64,000 bases of DNA from an uncultured Chloroflexia bacterium (GCA_963833535.1 CAWHYC010000008.1:457738-521737), one strand, 5' to 3'. Positions 1 through 11,550 are shown, numbered from the stretch's first letter. The notes: generated from the letters alone by a model not told the origin. Made by a program: numbers and translations.

Positions 1-136
1 CGGCAAGTCGATGAGCGAGAAGCTCGCGGCCGAGTTCGTGGACGCCATGAATGGGCTCGGAGCGGCCGTCAAGCGGCGCGAAGACACCCACAAGATGGCC
101 GAGGCCAACAAGGCCTTCAGCCACTTCAAGTGGTAA
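1..136 (+). CDS. rpsG: 30S ribosomal protein S7, C-terminal fragment (gene begins upstream of window)
   Basis: Frame starting at nt 2 reads ...[25 protein letters not shown], the canonical S7 C-terminus. TAA at 134-136. Sits directly upstream of fusA as in str operons. Confidence 0.85.
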   Translation, partial: GKSMSEKLAAEFVDAMNGLGAAVKRREDTHKMAEANKAFSHFKW

Positions 137-162
137 GCGGAACCTGAGCAGGATCGACGACC

Positions 163-2238
163 ATGGCACGACAGGTTTCGCTGGCCAAGACCCGCAACAT
201 CGGCATCATCGCGCATATCGACGCCGGCAAAACGACCGTCACCGAGCGGATCCTGTTCTACACCAAGAAGATCTACAAGCTCGGCGAGGTGCATGAGGGC
301 GCCGCCACGATGGACTGGATGCCCCAGGAGCAGGAGCGAGGCATCACCATCACGGCCGCGGCGACGACCGCGTTCTGGGGCGATCATCGCATCAACATCA
401 TCGATACGCCCGGGCACGTGGACTTCACCGTCGAGGTCGAGCGCAGCCTGCGTGTCCTCGACGGCGCGGTCGTCGTCTTCGACGGCGTGGCCGGCGTCGA
501 GCCGCAGTCCGAGACGGTCTGGCGGCAGGCCGACCGCTACGGCGTGCCGCGCTTCTGCTTCATCAACAAGCTCGACCGCACCGGCGCCGACTTCTGGCGC
601 TGCGTCGACTCCATCCGCGAGCGCCTCGGCGCCAACGCGGTCCCGGTCCAGATCCCCATCGGCCGCGAGGACACCTTCGCCGGCGTCATCGACCTGGTGC
701 GCATGAAGGCCATCTACACCCGAGATGACCTGGGCAACGAGATCGACATCGTGGACATCCCCGACGAGCTGCGCGCCGAGGCGGAGATACACCGCACCGC
801 GCTCATCGAGGCCGTCGCCGAGATGGACGACACGCTGACCCACAAGTACCTCGAGGGCGAGGCCTTCACCGAGGCCGAGATCGAGCACGGTCTGCGGCTG
901 GGCACGCTGCAGACCAAGATCATCCCCGTCCTGACCGGCTCGGCGCTCAAGAACAAGGGCATCCAGGCGATGCTCGACGCGGTCATCGCCTACCTGCCCT
1001 CGCCGCTCGACGTGCCGCCTGTCATCGGCCTCGACCCCGATACCGGTGCCGAGCTGCTGCGCACGGTCGACGACGACGAGCCTTTCGCCGCCTTGGCCTT
1101 CAAGATCGCCGCCGATCCCTTCGTCGGCAAGCTGGCCTTCTTCCGGGTCTACTCAGGCACGCTCAAGGCCGGCTCCTACGTCTACAACGCCAGCAAGGGC
1201 CGCCGAGAGCGCATCGGGCGCGTGCTGCAGATGCACGCCAACCACCGCGAGGAGATCGACGAGGTCTACGCCGGCGACATCGCCGCCGCGGTCGGCCTCA
1301 AGGACACCTTCACCGGCGACACCCTGAGCGATCCCGAGCACGCCATCATCCTCGAGTCGATGACCTTCCCCGAGCCCGTCATCGAGGTCGCCATCGAGCC
1401 CAAGACGAAGGCCGACCAGGACAAGCTCGGCCTCGCCCTCCAGCGCCTGGCCGAGGAGGACCCGACCTTCCGCGTCAAGACCGACGAGGAGACCGGCCAG
1501 ACCCTCATCGCGGGCATGGGCGAGCTGCACCTCGACGTCCTCGTCGATCGCATGGTCCGCGAGTTCAAGGTCGCGGCCAACGTCGGCAAGCCGCAGGTCT
1601 CCTATCGCGAGACCATCCGCCGGGCCGCCGAGGGCAACGGCCGCTTCATCCGCCAGACCGGTGGCAAGGGCCAGTACGGCCACGCCGTCATCCGGCTGGA
1701 GCCGCAGGAGAAGGGCGCCGGCTACGAGTTCGTCGACAAGATCGTCGGCGGCACCATCCCGCGCGAGTACATCAAGCCGGTCGATCAGGGCATCCGAGAG
1801 ACGCTGGAGACGGGCATCTACGCCGGCTTCCCGGTCGTAGATGTCAAGGTCACGCTCTTCGACGGCTCCTATCACGACGTCGACTCGTCGGAGATGGCCT
1901 TCAAGATCGCCGGCTCGATGGCCGTCAAGGACGCCTTCGAGAAGGCCGACCCGGTGATCCTCGAACCGATCATGAAGGTCGAGGTCATCATGCCCGAGGA
2001 GTTCATGGGCGACGTCATCGGCGACCTGAACTCGCGGCGCGGGCACATCGACGGCATGGAAGCCCGCGGCACGACCCAGGTCGTGCGCGCCTTCATCCCG
2101 CTGGCCCTCATGTTCGGCTACGTGACCGACCTGCGATCGATGTCGCAGGGGCGGGCGACGTCGTCCATGGAGTTCAGCCACTACGCAGAAGTCCCCAGCC
2201 AGATCGCCAACGAGCTGGCCCAAAAGTCCAAGGTTTAG
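163..2238 (+). CDS. fusA: Elongation factor G
   Basis: Intact 691-aa ORF. GTPase motifs [14 protein letters not shown] and NKLD. EF-G domain IV/V sequence. Position after rpsG. Confidence 0.97.
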   Translation: MARQVSLAKTRNIGIIAHIDAGKTTVTERILFYTKKIYKLGEVHEGAATMDWMPQEQERGITITAAATTAFWGDHRINIIDTPGHVDFTVEVERSLRVLDGAVVVFDGVAGVEPQSETVWRQADRYGVPRFCFINKLDRTGADFWRCVDSIRERLGANAVPVQIPIGREDTFAGVIDLVRMKAIYTRDDLGNEIDIVDIPDELRAEAEIHRTALIEAVAEMDDTLTHKYLEGEAFTEAEIEHGLRLGTLQTKIIPVLTGSALKNKGIQAMLDAVIAYLPSPLDVPPVIGLDPDTGAELLRTVDDDEPFAALAFKIAADPFVGKLAFFRVYSGTLKAGSYVYNASKGRRERIGRVLQMHANHREEIDEVYAGDIAAAVGLKDTFTGDTLSDPEHAIILESMTFPEPVIEVAIEPKTKADQDKLGLALQRLAEEDPTFRVKTDEETGQTLIAGMGELHLDVLVDRMVREFKVAANVGKPQVSYRETIRRAAEGNGRFIRQTGGKGQYGHAVIRLEPQEKGAGYEFVDKIVGGTIPREYIKPVDQGIRETLETGIYAGFPVVDVKVTLFDGSYHDVDSSEMAFKIAGSMAVKDAFEKADPVILEPIMKVEVIMPEEFMGDVIGDLNSRRGHIDGMEARGTTQVVRAFIPLALMFGYVTDLRSMSQGRATSSMEFSHYAEVPSQIANELAQKSKV

Positions 2239-2251
2239 GAGAGCGCACGCG

Positions 2252-3448
2252 ATGGCCAAGAAGAAGTTCGAGCGCACCAAGCCCCACGTCAACATCGGCA
2301 CCATCGGTCACATCGACCATGGCAAGACGTCGCTCACGGCGGCCATCACCAAGTACCTGGCCCTCAAGGGCGGGGCGGAGTACCGCGCCTTCGACTCCAT
2401 CGACAACGCGCCCGAGGAGCGCGAGCGGGGCATCACCATCGCCATCGCCCACGTCGAGTACGAGACCGGCGCCCGCCACTATGCGCACGTCGACTGCCCG
2501 GGCCACGCCGACTACATCAAGAACATGATCACCGGCGCCGCCCAGATGGACGGCGCCATCCTCGTCGTCGCCGCGACCGATGGCCCGATGCCCCAGACGC
2601 GCGAGCACATCCTGCTCGCCCGCCAGGTCGAGGTGCCCTACATCGTGGTCTTCCTCAACAAGGTCGACATGGTCGACGATCCCGAGCTGCTCGAGCTCGT
2701 CGAGCTCGAGGTCCGCGAGCTGTTGAGCAAGTACAACTTCCCGGGCGACGACCTGCCCGTCGTGCGCGGCAGCGCCTTGAAGGCGCTCGAGGCCGGCGAC
2801 GACGTGAACGATCCCGCCTACGCGCCCATCCAGGCCCTGATGGACGCCGTCGACTCCTACATCCCGACCCCCGAGCGGGCCATCGACAAGCCCTTCCTGA
2901 TGCCCGTCGAGGACGTCTTCGGCATCAAGGGCCGGGGCACGGTCGCCACCGGGCGCGTCGAGCGCGGCATCGTCAAGGTCGGCGAAGAGGTCGAGATCAT
3001 CGGCGTCAAGGCCACCCGCAAGGTCGTCGTGACCGGCGTCGAGATGTTCAAGAAGCTGCTCGACGAGGGCCGCGCCGGCGACAACATCGGCTGCCTCCTG
3101 CGGGGCATCGAGCGCGAGGAGATCGAGCGCGGCCAGGTCATGGCCAAGGCCGGCTCCATCAAGCCGCACACGAAGTTCAGCGCCCAGGTCTACGTCCTGA
3201 GCAAGGAGGAGGGTGGCCGCCACACGCCCTTCTACAACGGCTACCGGCCGCAGTTCTACCTGCGCACGACCGACGTCACCGGGTCCATCGGCCTGCCCGA
3301 GAACACCGAGATGGTGATGCCCGGCGACAACGTCGAGATGACCGTCGAGCTGATCACCCCCATCGCCCTCGAGACCGGCCAGCGCTTCGCCATCCGCGAA
3401 GGCGGCCACACCGTCGGCGCCGGCGCCGTCACGAGCATCCAGGAGTAG
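2252..3448 (+). CDS. tuf: Elongation factor Tu
   Basis: Intact 398-aa [16 protein letters not shown] and NKVD motifs. Typical EF-Tu C-terminal beta-barrel domains. Confidence 0.98.
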   Translation: MAKKKFERTKPHVNIGTIGHIDHGKTSLTAAITKYLALKGGAEYRAFDSIDNAPEERERGITIAIAHVEYETGARHYAHVDCPGHADYIKNMITGAAQMDGAILVVAATDGPMPQTREHILLARQVEVPYIVVFLNKVDMVDDPELLELVELEVRELLSKYNFPGDDLPVVRGSALKALEAGDDVNDPAYAPIQALMDAVDSYIPTPERAIDKPFLMPVEDVFGIKGRGTVATGRVERGIVKVGEEVEIIGVKATRKVVVTGVEMFKKLLDEGRAGDNIGCLLRGIEREEIERGQVMAKAGSIKPHTKFSAQVYVLSKEEGGRHTPFYNGYRPQFYLRTTDVTGSIGLPENTEMVMPGDNVEMTVELITPIALETGQRFAIREGGHTVGAGAVTSIQE

Positions 3449-3450
3449 CC

Positions 3451-3759
3451 GTGGCGAAGCAGCGGATCCGGATCCGCCTCAAGGCGTACGACCACCGGCT
3501 CCTGGATCAGTCCGCCCTCCAGATCGTCGAGACGGCGCAGCGCACCGGCGCTGACGTCGTCGGTCCCGTGCCGCTGCCGACCCGGATCGAGAAGTTCACC
3601 GTGCTCCGCTCGCCGTTCATCGACAAGGACAGCCGCGAGCAGTTCGAGATCCGGACCCACAAGCGCCTCATCGATATCCTCGATCCATCGTCCAAGACGG
3701 TGGATGCCTTGATGCGACTCTCGCTCGCCGCGGGCGTCGACATCGAGATCAAGATGTGA
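3451..3759 (+). CDS. rpsJ: 30S ribosomal protein S10
   Basis: 102 aa, GTG start. [21 protein letters not shown]... is the S10 signature. First gene of the S10 operon order. Confidence 0.95.
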   Translation: MAKQRIRIRLKAYDHRLLDQSALQIVETAQRTGADVVGPVPLPTRIEKFTVLRSPFIDKDSREQFEIRTHKRLIDILDPSSKTVDALMRLSLAAGVDIEIKM

Positions 3760-4370
3760 TGAGTATCGGACTCATCGGCCGCAAGGTCGGCATGACCCAG
3801 GTCTTCGCAGAGGACGGCACCATGGTCGCCGTCTCGGTGGTCGCCATCGAGCCCAACACGGTGACCCGCCTGCGCACCCAGGCCACCGATGGCTACACGG
3901 CCGTGCAGCTTGGCGCCGGCACGCGCGAGAAGCAGACCAAGCCGGTCGCCGGCCAGCTTCGCGGCCTGCCGCCTGTCCGCGACCGCCGCGAGTTCCGGCT
4001 CGACGACGTCTCCGGCTACGAGGTCGGCCAGGAGCTCAAGGTAGAGGAGATCTTCAGCGCCGGTGACCTCGTCGATGTCATCGGCATCACCAAGGGCAAG
4101 GGCTTCGCGGGCACCATCAAGCGCCACCACTTTGCCCGCGGCCCCGAGACGCACGGCTCCGACTCCCATCGGCAGCCGGGATCCATCGGCGCCGGCACCA
4201 CGCCCGGCCGCGTCTACCGCGGCCTGCCCATGGCTGGCCACCTTGGCAGCGCCCGCCGGACGACCTCGAAGCTGACCGTCGTGCGCACCGATGCCGCGCG
4301 CAACCTGCTGCTCGTCAAGGGCGCCGTGCCCGGCGCCCGCGATTCGCTGGTCATGGTCAGGAAGGCCTAG
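3759..4370 (+). CDS. rplC: 50S ribosomal protein L3
   Basis: [16 protein letters not shown]... is the L3 N-terminus. ATG at 3759 overlaps the rpsJ TGA by 1 nt (the ORF track starts it at GTG 3756). Confidence 0.93.
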   Translation: MSIGLIGRKVGMTQVFAEDGTMVAVSVVAIEPNTVTRLRTQATDGYTAVQLGAGTREKQTKPVAGQLRGLPPVRDRREFRLDDVSGYEVGQELKVEEIFSAGDLVDVIGITKGKGFAGTIKRHHFARGPETHGSDSHRQPGSIGAGTTPGRVYRGLPMAGHLGSARRTTSKLTVVRTDAARNLLLVKGAVPGARDSLVMVRKA

Positions 4371-4372
4371 CC

Positions 4373-4996
4373 ATGGCGACCACCACCCTGTACATCAAGA
4401 CCGGGGCGACGGCCGGCACCGTCGAGCTGCCCGACGGGCTCTTTGCGGCGCCCGTCAACACGGCCGTCATGCACCAGGTCGTCATCGCTCAGCTGGCCGG
4501 CCGCCACCTCGGCACGCACGACACCAAGACCCGCGGCGAGGTCCGCGGCGGCGGCAGGAAGCCCTACCGCCAGAAGGGCACCGGTCGCGCCCGCCAGGGC
4601 TCCATCCGGGCGCCGCACTATGAAGGCGGCGGCATCGTCTTCGGCCCCCACCCGAGGAGCTACGAGCAGAAGGTGCCCAAGCGCATGAAGCGGTTGGCGC
4701 TGCGCGGCGCGCTCTCGGCCAAGTTCGCCGATCAAGCGGTCGTGGTCGTCCAGGACCTGGCCATGGACGAGATCAAGACCCGCGAGCTGGTCGGCTATCT
4801 GGCCAACCTCAAGGCCGGTGGCCGGATCCTCATCGTGGCGCCCAGTCGCGACGAGAAGCTCGAGCGCTCGGCGGCCAACCTGCCCAAGGTCGAGATCATC
4901 CTGGCCGACTCCCTCAACACGGTCGACGTCCTGAAGGCCGACACGCTGCTCATCACCGAGCCGGCGCTGGCGACGATGGCGGAGGTCTACGCATGA
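4373..4996 (+). CDS. rplD: 50S ribosomal protein L4
   Basis: 207 aa. Contains [31 protein letters not shown], the L4 signature. Confidence 0.93.
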   Translation: MATTTLYIKTGATAGTVELPDGLFAAPVNTAVMHQVVIAQLAGRHLGTHDTKTRGEVRGGGRKPYRQKGTGRARQGSIRAPHYEGGGIVFGPHPRSYEQKVPKRMKRLALRGALSAKFADQAVVVVQDLAMDEIKTRELVGYLANLKAGGRILIVAPSRDEKLERSAANLPKVEIILADSLNTVDVLKADTLLITEPALATMAEVYA

Positions 4997-5295
4997 CCCT
5001 CCACGCCTCCCAGGTCATCGTGCGCCCGGTCATCAGCGAGAAGTCGATGGACGAGACGCAGCGTGGCAAGTACACCTTCGCCGTCCACCACGACGCCAAC
5101 AAGCTGCAGATCAAGGCCGCCGTCGAGGAGCTCTTCAAGGTCTCCGTGCTGCAGGTCAACGTGCTGACCACCAAGTCCAAGGAGAAGCGCCGCGGCATCG
5201 GCCGCGGTCGCACCAAGGGCCTCACCTCGCCCTGGCGCAAGGCCATCGTGACCGTCGCCCCGGGCGACAAGATCGAATTCTTCGAGGGGGTGTAG
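4993..5295 (+). CDS. rplW: 50S ribosomal protein L23
   Basis: 100 aa. [11 protein letters not shown]...YTFAV is L23-like. ATGA overlap with rplD. Confidence 0.92.
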   Translation: MTLHASQVIVRPVISEKSMDETQRGKYTFAVHHDANKLQIKAAVEELFKVSVLQVNVLTTKSKEKRRGIGRGRTKGLTSPWRKAIVTVAPGDKIEFFEGV

Positions 5296-5296
5296 C

Positions 5297-6124
5297 GTGC
5301 CGCTCCGAGGCTACAAGGCGACCTCCCCGGGCCGGCGGTTCATGACCCGCTCGACCTTCGAGGAGATCACCACCGACAAGCCCCACAAGCCGCTCCTCGA
5401 GTCCCAGAAGCGTGGCAGCGGGCGCAACAGCAAGGGCCGCATGACCGTCCGCCATCGCGGCGGTGGCGAGAAGCGCAACTACCGGATCATCGACTTCAAG
5501 CGCGACAAGTACGACGTGCCGGCCCGTCTGGCGACCATCGAGTACGACCCCAACCGGTCGGCACGCATCGGCCTGCTCCACTACCGCGACGGCGAGAAGC
5601 GCTACATCCTGGTCCCCAACGGACTCAAGGTCGGCGACGTCGTGGTCGCCGGACCGAGCGCCGAGGCCAAGGTCGGCAATGCCCTGCCGCTGGCCAACAT
5701 CCCGCTCGGCACGACCATCCACAACATCGAGCTGGTGCCCGGCAAGGGTGGCCAGATCGTCCGCTCCGCGGGCACCTCGGCACAGCTCCTGGCCAAGGAG
5801 GGCGACTTCGCCCAGATCCGGCTGCCTTCGGGCGAGGTGCGGCGGGCGAGCCTGCGCTGCATGGCCACCGTCGGCCAGGTCGGCAACCTCGATCACGAGA
5901 ACCAGAACCTGGGCAAGGCCGGCCGCGCCCGGCACCTGGGCCAGCGGCCCGAGGTGCGCGGCGTGGTCATGAACCCGCGCGACCATCCGCATGGCGGCGG
6001 CGAAGGCAAGTCGCCGACCGGCATGCCACCCAAGACGCCCTGGGGCAAGCCCGCCATGGGCCTGCGCACCCGTCGATCCAAGTCGAGCGCCGGCATCGTC
6101 CGGTCGCGACACCGCAAGAGCTAG
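5297..6124 (+). CDS. rplB: 50S ribosomal protein L2
   Basis: 275 aa, GTG start. Contains TSPGRRF..., HRGGGEKR and [14 protein letters not shown], all L2 signatures. Confidence 0.95.
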   Translation: MPLRGYKATSPGRRFMTRSTFEEITTDKPHKPLLESQKRGSGRNSKGRMTVRHRGGGEKRNYRIIDFKRDKYDVPARLATIEYDPNRSARIGLLHYRDGEKRYILVPNGLKVGDVVVAGPSAEAKVGNALPLANIPLGTTIHNIELVPGKGGQIVRSAGTSAQLLAKEGDFAQIRLPSGEVRRASLRCMATVGQVGNLDHENQNLGKAGRARHLGQRPEVRGVVMNPRDHPHGGGEGKSPTGMPPKTPWGKPAMGLRTRRSKSSAGIVRSRHRKS

Positions 6125-6136
6125 GGGCAGGAGACG

Positions 6137-6421
6137 ATGTCACGATCCCTGAAGAAGGGCCCGTTCGTCGAGGCCCGCCTCCTCGGCCGGGTCCAGGAGA
6201 TGAACCGGCGCAACGAGCGCAAGGTCGTCAAGACCTGGTCGCGTGCGAGCGTCATCTTCCCCGACTTCATCGGCCACACCGTGGCCGTCTACAACGGCAA
6301 GAAGCACGTCCCGGTCTACGTCACGGAGAACATGGTCGGCCACCGCCTCGGTGAGTTCTCGCCCACGCGCAACTTCCGCGGGCACGGCAAGCACACCGAG
6401 CGATCGTCGGCATTGAAGTAG
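6137..6421 (+). CDS. rpsS: 30S ribosomal protein S19
   Basis: 94 aa. [11 protein letters not shown]...[29 protein letters not shown] is S19. Confidence 0.95.
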   Translation: MSRSLKKGPFVEARLLGRVQEMNRRNERKVVKTWSRASVIFPDFIGHTVAVYNGKKHVPVYVTENMVGHRLGEFSPTRNFRGHGKHTERSSALK

Positions 6422-6428
6422 GCCGCCG

Positions 6429-6769
6429 ATGAAGAGTCTCTGCCACCGCCAAGTACACCCGCCACTCGACGCGCAAGGCGCGCCTGGTCACCCGGGCCAT
6501 CGTCGGGCGTCCCGTCGAGGAGGCTGATCGCGCTGTTGCGCTTCATGCCCCAAGGTGCCGCCCGCGACGTGGCCAAGGTGCTCAAGAGCGCGACGGCCAA
6601 CGCCGAGAACAACCATGACCTGTCGGCCGACGACCTCGTCGTCGTCGACGCGGTCGCCGACGAGGGGCCGACGATCAAGCGATGGAAGCCGCGCGCACAA
6701 GGCCGCGCCTTCCCCATCCACAAGCCGATGACGCACATCACGGTCGTCGTCGAGAACCGGGAGGACTAG
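6429..6769 (+). CDS. rplV: 50S ribosomal protein L22 (reading frame broken at least twice in this assembly)
   Basis: L22 pieces lie in different frames: ATG 6429, then [29 protein letters not shown], then [31 protein letters not shown]...[11 protein letters not shown]. Shifts at about 6435 and 6526. Correct operon slot between rpsS and rpsC. Confidence 0.8.
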
Positions 6770-6772
6770 CCG

Positions 6773-7451
6773 ATGGGTCACAAGGTCCATCCCAACGGCT
6801 TCCGCCTCGGCGTCTCGCGAACGTGGAACGCCAAGTGGTACGCCGACAAGGACTACACCGACCTGCTCCAGGAGGACATCACCATCCGTCAGCTCGTCAC
6901 CAAGCGCGCTGGCCAACGCGAGCGTCAGCGGGGTCGAGATCGAACGCGGCATCAACCACGTCACGGTCACCATCCACACTGCCAAGCCGGGCATCGTCAT
7001 CGGCAAGGGCGGTGCCAACGTCGAGGCCCTGCGCCAGCAGATCGGCCAGCCTGACGCGCGCAAGGTCAAGCTGGAGATCAAGCGAGATCCGCCAGCCGGA
7101 GCTCGACGCCGTGCTCGTGGCCGCCAACATCGCCCAGCAGCTCGACCCGCCGCATCGCCTTCCGGAAGGCGATGAAGCAGGCCGTCCAGCGCACCATGAA
7201 GGCCGGCGCCCGCGGCGTGAAGATCAAGGTCGCCGGCCGACTCGGCGGTTCGGAGATGGCCCGTCGCGAGTGGGAGAAGGAAGGCCGCGTGCCCGCTCGA
7301 CACCCTGCGCGCCGACATCAGCTATGGCCAGGTCCGGCCCGCACGACCTACGGCGCGCATCGGCGTCAAGGTCTGGATCTACCGCGGCGACATCATGCCC
7401 GAGCGCCAGGCGCCGCGCGAGGCCGCTGGCGCACGGCGGGAGAGCGCCTAG
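6773..7451 (+). CDS. rpsC: 30S ribosomal protein S3 (about six frame breaks in this assembly)
   Basis: [24 protein letters not shown]... is intact to about 6905. After that the pieces [95 protein letters not shown] and [15 protein letters not shown]...RRESA* alternate between frames. Shifts at about 6905, 7083, 7145, 7300, 7337 and 7358. Confidence 0.8.
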
Positions 7452-7453
7452 CC

Positions 7454-7885
7454 ATGCTGATGCCCAAGCGGGTCAAGCATCGCAAGGTCATGCGCGGCCG
7501 GATGAGCGGCGTGGCCAAGGGCGGCACGACGATCGCCTTCGGCGAGTACGGCCTGATGACCGAGGAGCCGGCCTGGATCACCAGCCGCCAGATCGAGGCC
7601 GCCCGGCGCGCCATGACCCGCCACGTGCAAGCGTGGCGGCAAGATCTGGATCCGCATCTTCCCCGACAAGCCGGTCACCAAGAAGCCGGCCGAGGTGCGC
7701 ATGGGCTCGGGCAAGGGTGCCCCGGACCACTGGGTCGCCGTCGTCAAGCCCGGCCGCATCCTCTTCGAGATGTCGGGCGTGCCGCTCGAGCCGAGGCGGC
7801 CGAGGCGATGCGCCTGGCCAGCCACAAGCTGCCCGTCGACGTCAAGTTCGTGGTCAAGGAGGGGGTCGCCGATGGACATCGCTAA
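7454..7885 (+). CDS. rplP: 50S ribosomal protein L16 (two frame breaks)
   Basis: [25 protein letters not shown]...[10 protein letters not shown], then [54 protein letters not shown] in another frame, then back for [23 protein letters not shown]. Shifts at about 7628 and 7791. Confidence 0.8.
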   Translation: MLMPKRVKHRKVMRGRMSGVAKGGTTIAFGEYGLMTEEPAWITSRQIEAARRAMTRHVQAWRQDLDPHLPRQAGHQEAGRGAHGLGQGCPGPLGRRRQARPHPLRDVGRAARAEAAEAMRLASHKLPVDVKFVVKEGVADGHR

Positions 7886-8108
7886 GCGTCCGCGGCGCTG
7901 ACCGACCTGGAGCTCGTGAACGAGCTCGACGACCGCCCACCGCCACCTCTACGACCTGCGCTTCCAGCTGGCCACGCGCCAGCTGACCGACTACAGCCAG
8001 ATCGCCGCAGACGCGGCGCACGATCGCCCGCATCCTGACCGTCCTGACCGAGCGCCAGCTCGAGCGAGCCGGCCAGCCCGTGGCACCCGCGGGAGGACCG
8101 GGCGATGA
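7872..8108 (+). CDS. rpmC: 50S ribosomal protein L29 (several frame breaks; 3' end uncertain)
   Basis: The pieces [37 protein letters not shown] and [14 protein letters not shown] match L29 but lie in different frames. Slot between rplP and rpsQ. The stop assignment (TGA 8106-8108) is a guess. Confidence 0.6.
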
Positions 8109-8120
8109 GCGGAGCCATGC

Positions 8121-8543
8121 ATGCCCACGACGAAGCGCACGATCAAGGTCGGACGGGTCGTCTCCGACAAGATGGACAAGACGATCGTCGTCTCGGTCGA
8201 GCGCCTGTCGCGCCATCGGCTCTACAAGCGCGTCATCCGCCTGACCACCAAGTTCAAGGCCCACGACGAGCGCAACGAGGCGCGCATCGGTGACACCGTG
8301 CGCATCGAGGAGTCCCGACCGCTCAGCGCCACCAAGCGCTGGCGCCTGGTCGAGATCGTGAAGCGTGCCGGCGAGGGTGCCGCGACGTGCTCGTGGCCGA
8401 GGAAGCCGCGACCACCGAGGCCATCCATGCGCGGCCCATCCGGGTCGCCACGAGGCGACCGAGTCGGGGCCGCCGAGGCGGCCGCAGCGGTCGCGGCGAG
8501 CGAGCCGTCGGCGGATCCCGCGACGGAGGGAGCCGGCGCGTGA
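8121..8543 (+). CDS. rpsQ: 30S ribosomal protein S17 with an apparent C-terminal extension of about 55 aa
   Basis: [80 protein letters not shown] is the S17 core. The ORF continues Ala/Pro/Glu-rich to TGA 8541-8543, which overlaps the rplN GTG (GTGA). The tail frame is not secure given nearby indels. Confidence 0.8.
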   Translation: MPTTKRTIKVGRVVSDKMDKTIVVSVERLSRHRLYKRVIRLTTKFKAHDERNEARIGDTVRIEESRPLSATKRWRLVEIVKRAGEGAATCSWPRKPRPPRPSMRGPSGSPRGDRVGAAEAAAAVAASEPSADPATEGAGA

Positions 8544-8908
8544 TCCAGCAGTACAGCCGTCTCAAGGTCGCCGACAACACCGGTGCCCGGGTGATCCAGT
8601 GCATCCGGATCATGGGCCGCTCCCAGAAGACCACGGCCGGCGTCGGCGACGTGATCATCGCCAGCGTCAAGCAGGCCATCCCCAACGCCGCCGTCAAGAA
8701 GGGCGACGTGGTGCGCGCGGTGGTCGTGCGCACGGCCAAGGAGTTCGGCCGGCCGGACGGCAGCTACATCCGCTTCGACGAGAACGCGGCGGTGCTCATC
8801 AACAACCAGGGCAACCCGCGCGGCACGCGCATCTTCGGCCCCGTCGCCCGCGAGCTGCGCGACCGCAACTACATGAAGATCATCTCGCTCGCCCCGGAGG
8901 TGCTCTGA
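8540..8908 (+). CDS. rplN: 50S ribosomal protein L14
   Basis: GTG 8540 preceded by [33 protein letters not shown]...[16 protein letters not shown] is L14. 122 aa, intact. Confidence 0.93.
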   Translation: MIQQYSRLKVADNTGARVIQCIRIMGRSQKTTAGVGDVIIASVKQAIPNAAVKKGDVVRAVVVRTAKEFGRPDGSYIRFDENAAVLINNQGNPRGTRIFGPVARELRDRNYMKIISLAPEVL

Positions 8909-8944
8909 TGGCCGTCCATCGGCGCCGCGCCGCGGACGTCCAAG

Positions 8945-9366
8945 GTGCCCGAGCTGCGTCGCGGCGACGAGGTCATCGTGCTCAGCGGCAAGGATGCCGG
9001 CAAGCGCGGCACGATCGACCGCGTCATCGTGGACCGCATCGCGCGCGCGAAGGTCAAGGGCCGCGGCGCGCCCTCGGCCATGTGGCGCCGGACCTCGCCG
9101 CGCTCCGACGTGACGATCGTCGTCGGCGGCCTGAACATGGCCAAGCGGCACACCAAGCCGCGCCCGCGCCGCGACCGCGGCAGCCAGATGCCGCGCGTCC
9201 AGGCCGGCGGCATCCTCGACATCGCGCAGCCCTGCAGCATCAGCAAGGTGATGCTCATCTGTCCGCTTGCAGGCGGCCGACGCGCGTCAAGCACAGCCGC
9301 CCGGAGGCGGCCAGAGCCGTGCGCGTGTGCGGCCATGCCGACTGCGCCCAGCCGGTCGCGCCGTGA
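8945..9366 (+). CDS. rplX: 50S ribosomal protein L24 (frame break near 9266; start 8945 GTG or 8908 ATG)
   Basis: KOW motif in [26 protein letters not shown]. The C-terminal piece RPTRVKHSR...[15 protein letters not shown] is in a different frame. An ATG at 8908 (ATGA overlap with rplN) would need one more shift. Confidence 0.75.
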
Positions 9367-9375
9367 GGTGAAGGC

Positions 9376-9927
9376 ATGAGCGGCTCGTCTGCAGGCCAGC
9401 GCTACCACGAGCGAGGTCGTGCCCGCGCTCCAGAAGGCGTTCGGGTACGCCAACCCGATGCAGGTGCCCGCGCCTCAGCAAGATCGTCGCTCAACATCGG
9501 CCTGGGCGAGGCGCTGACCAGAACGCCAAGGCGCTCGACGCGGCCGTCGGCGACATGACCACGATCACCGGCCAGAAGCCGATCGTGACCCGCGCCAAGC
9601 GCTCCATCGCCCAGTTCCGGCTGCGCACACACAACCCCATCGGGGTCAAGGTGACGCTGCGCGGCGAGCGCATGTGGGACTTCCTGGAGCGCCTCACGAC
9701 GCTGGCGCTGCCGCGCATCCGGGACTTCCGCGGCGTGCCCGCGCGTCCTTCGACGGCCGTGGCAACTACTCCCTGGGCCTGCGCGAGCAGCTCGCCTTCC
9801 CGGAGATCGACTACGACAAGGTGGACCGCCTGCGCGGCCTGGAGATCAGCATCGTGACGACTGCCACCAGACCGACGAGGAAGCGAAGACGTTGCTCGAG
9901 CTCCTCGGCATGCCGTTCGCCGGCTGA
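9376..9927 (+). CDS. rplE: 50S ribosomal protein L5 (at least four frame breaks)
   Basis: The pieces [138 protein letters not shown] and [18 protein letters not shown] lie in alternating frames. Confidence 0.8.
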
Positions 9928-9939
9928 GGGAGGAACGAG

Positions 9940-10124
9940 ATGGCCAAGAAGTCCTCATCGCCAAGGCCAAGCGGAAGCCCAAGACCCCGGTGCGCGGCTA
10001 CCACCGCTGCTTCGTCTGTGGCCGGCCGCGCGGCTACATGCGCCGCTTCGCCCTGTGCCGCATCTGCTTCCGGGAGCGCGCCCTGCTGGGCGAGCTGCCC
10101 GGCGTCACCAAGTCCAGCTGGTAG
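9940..10124 (+). CDS. rpsN: 30S ribosomal protein S14 type Z, zinc-ribbon form (one frame break near 9953)
   Basis: MAKKS, then after a 1-nt loss in a C-run, [56 protein letters not shown]. CxxC...CxxC motif present. Confidence 0.85.
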
Positions 10125-10128
10125 ACCC

Positions 10129-10530
10129 ATGAACGTCTCCGACCCCATCGCCGACATGCTGACGCGCATCCGCAACGCCAGTCGCGCCCGCCACACGGAG
10201 GTGGTCGTGCCGGCCTCGCGCACCAAGCGCGAGATCGCCCGCATCCTCAAGGATGAGGGCTTCATCGACGACGTCGAGGAAGCCCAGGACGGTCCCACGG
10301 CGATGCTCAAGCATCCAGCCTCAAGTACGTCGGCGGCAAGGCCCCCGTCGTCTCGGGCCTCAAGCGCATCAGCAAGCCAGGCCTGCGGGTCTACGCCGGC
10401 AAGACCGACATCCCCCGCGTGCTCGGTGGGCTCGGCATCGTCATCGTCAGCACCAGCCAGGGGATCATGACCGGCGCTCAGGCCCGCAAGGCCCAGCTCG
10501 GTGGTGAAGATCCTGGCGTTCGTCTGGTAG
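10129..10530 (+). CDS. rpsH: 30S ribosomal protein S8 (two compensating frame breaks)
   Basis: [49 protein letters not shown]... Then the middle piece [62 protein letters not shown] is in another frame. It returns for ILAFVW*. Shifts at about 10310 and 10509. Confidence 0.82.
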
Positions 10531-10539
10531 CCCGGCACC

Positions 10540-11090
10540 ATGTCACGCATCGGACGTCTCCCATCCCCGTCCCCGACGGCGTCGCCATCGCCCTCGCGGG
10601 CGACACGATCACCGTCAGCGGGCCGCGCGGCACGCTCGCACGCCAGCTGGCGGCGACCATGCGCGTGGTCCAGGAGGACGGCAGCCTGCGGGTCGAGCGT
10701 CCCGACGACAGCAAGCGATCGCGCGAGCTGCACGGCCTGACCCGCACGCTGGTCAACAACATGGTCATCGGCGTCACCGACGGTTACCGCAAGGGGCTCG
10801 AGATCACGGGCGTCGGCTATCGCGCCCAGAAGGTCGGCGAGAAGCTCCAGCTCAACCTGGGCTACAGCCATCCGATCGAGATCGATCCGCCTTCGGGCAT
10901 CAGCTTCGAGCTCGAGAACCCCACTCGGCTCGCCGTCCTGGGAATCGACAAGGAGCTCGTCGGCCATGTCGCCGCCCGCATCCGGGCGACGCGCAAGCCC
11001 GAGCCCTACAAGGGCAAGGGTGTCCGCTACAGCGGCGAGGTCGTCCGTCGCAAGGCCGGCAAGGCCGGCAAGATCGGCGGCAAGAAGTAG
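10540..11090 (+). CDS. rplF: 50S ribosomal protein L6 (one frame break near 10560)
   Basis: ATG 10540 gives MSRIGRL. After a missing C in ctcccatcccc the rest, [26 protein letters not shown]...[19 protein letters not shown], is in the 10419..11090 frame. Confidence 0.85.
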
Positions 11091-11173
11091 TCATCACGGC
11101 GCCCGGCATCGGGCGCGGACAGGCCGGCCCGGCGTCATCGCCGCACCGGTCGCCAGAGGAGTAAGAGACGACC

Positions 11174-11536
11174 ATGGCCAAGGCCACCTCCCGGACCGCC
11201 GCGCGCAACAAGCGCCACGCCCGGATCCGCCTCTCCGTCGCGGGGACCGCGGCGCGGCCGCGCCTGGCCGTCTTCCGCAGCATCGACCAGATCTACGTCC
11301 AGGTCATCGACGACTCCGTCGGTCGGACCCTGGCCGCCGCCTCCTCGCTGGAGAAGGAGCTGCGAGGCGCCAAGGGCACCAAGACCGATCGGGCCAAGTC
11401 CGTCGGCACCCTCGTCGCCAAGCGCGCCAAGGCTGCCGGCATCGAGCGCGTGGTCTTCGACCGTGCGGGCTTCCGCTACCACGGGCGCGTCAAGTCGCTG
11501 GCCGAGGCGGCACGCGAAGCCGGCCTCGACTTCTAG
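11174..11536 (+). CDS. rplR: 50S ribosomal protein L18
   Basis: Intact, 120 aa. ...[20 protein letters not shown]...[26 protein letters not shown] is L18. Confidence 0.93.
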   Translation: MAKATSRTAARNKRHARIRLSVAGTAARPRLAVFRSIDQIYVQVIDDSVGRTLAAASSLEKELRGAKGTKTDRAKSVGTLVAKRAKAAGIERVVFDRAGFRYHGRVKSLAEAAREAGLDF

Positions 11537-11550
11537 AAAGGAATGATCAC

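Noticed and set aside
6429-10560. Reading the ribosomal-protein frame breaks as biology: mass pseudogenisation, programmed frameshifting or an altered genetic code.
   Set aside because: Ten adjacent essential genes cannot all be dead. The breaks go in both directions and sit in homopolymer/GC-repeat contexts without slippery-site or pseudoknot architecture. Flanking genes use the standard code normally. Technical indel error is far more parsimonious.
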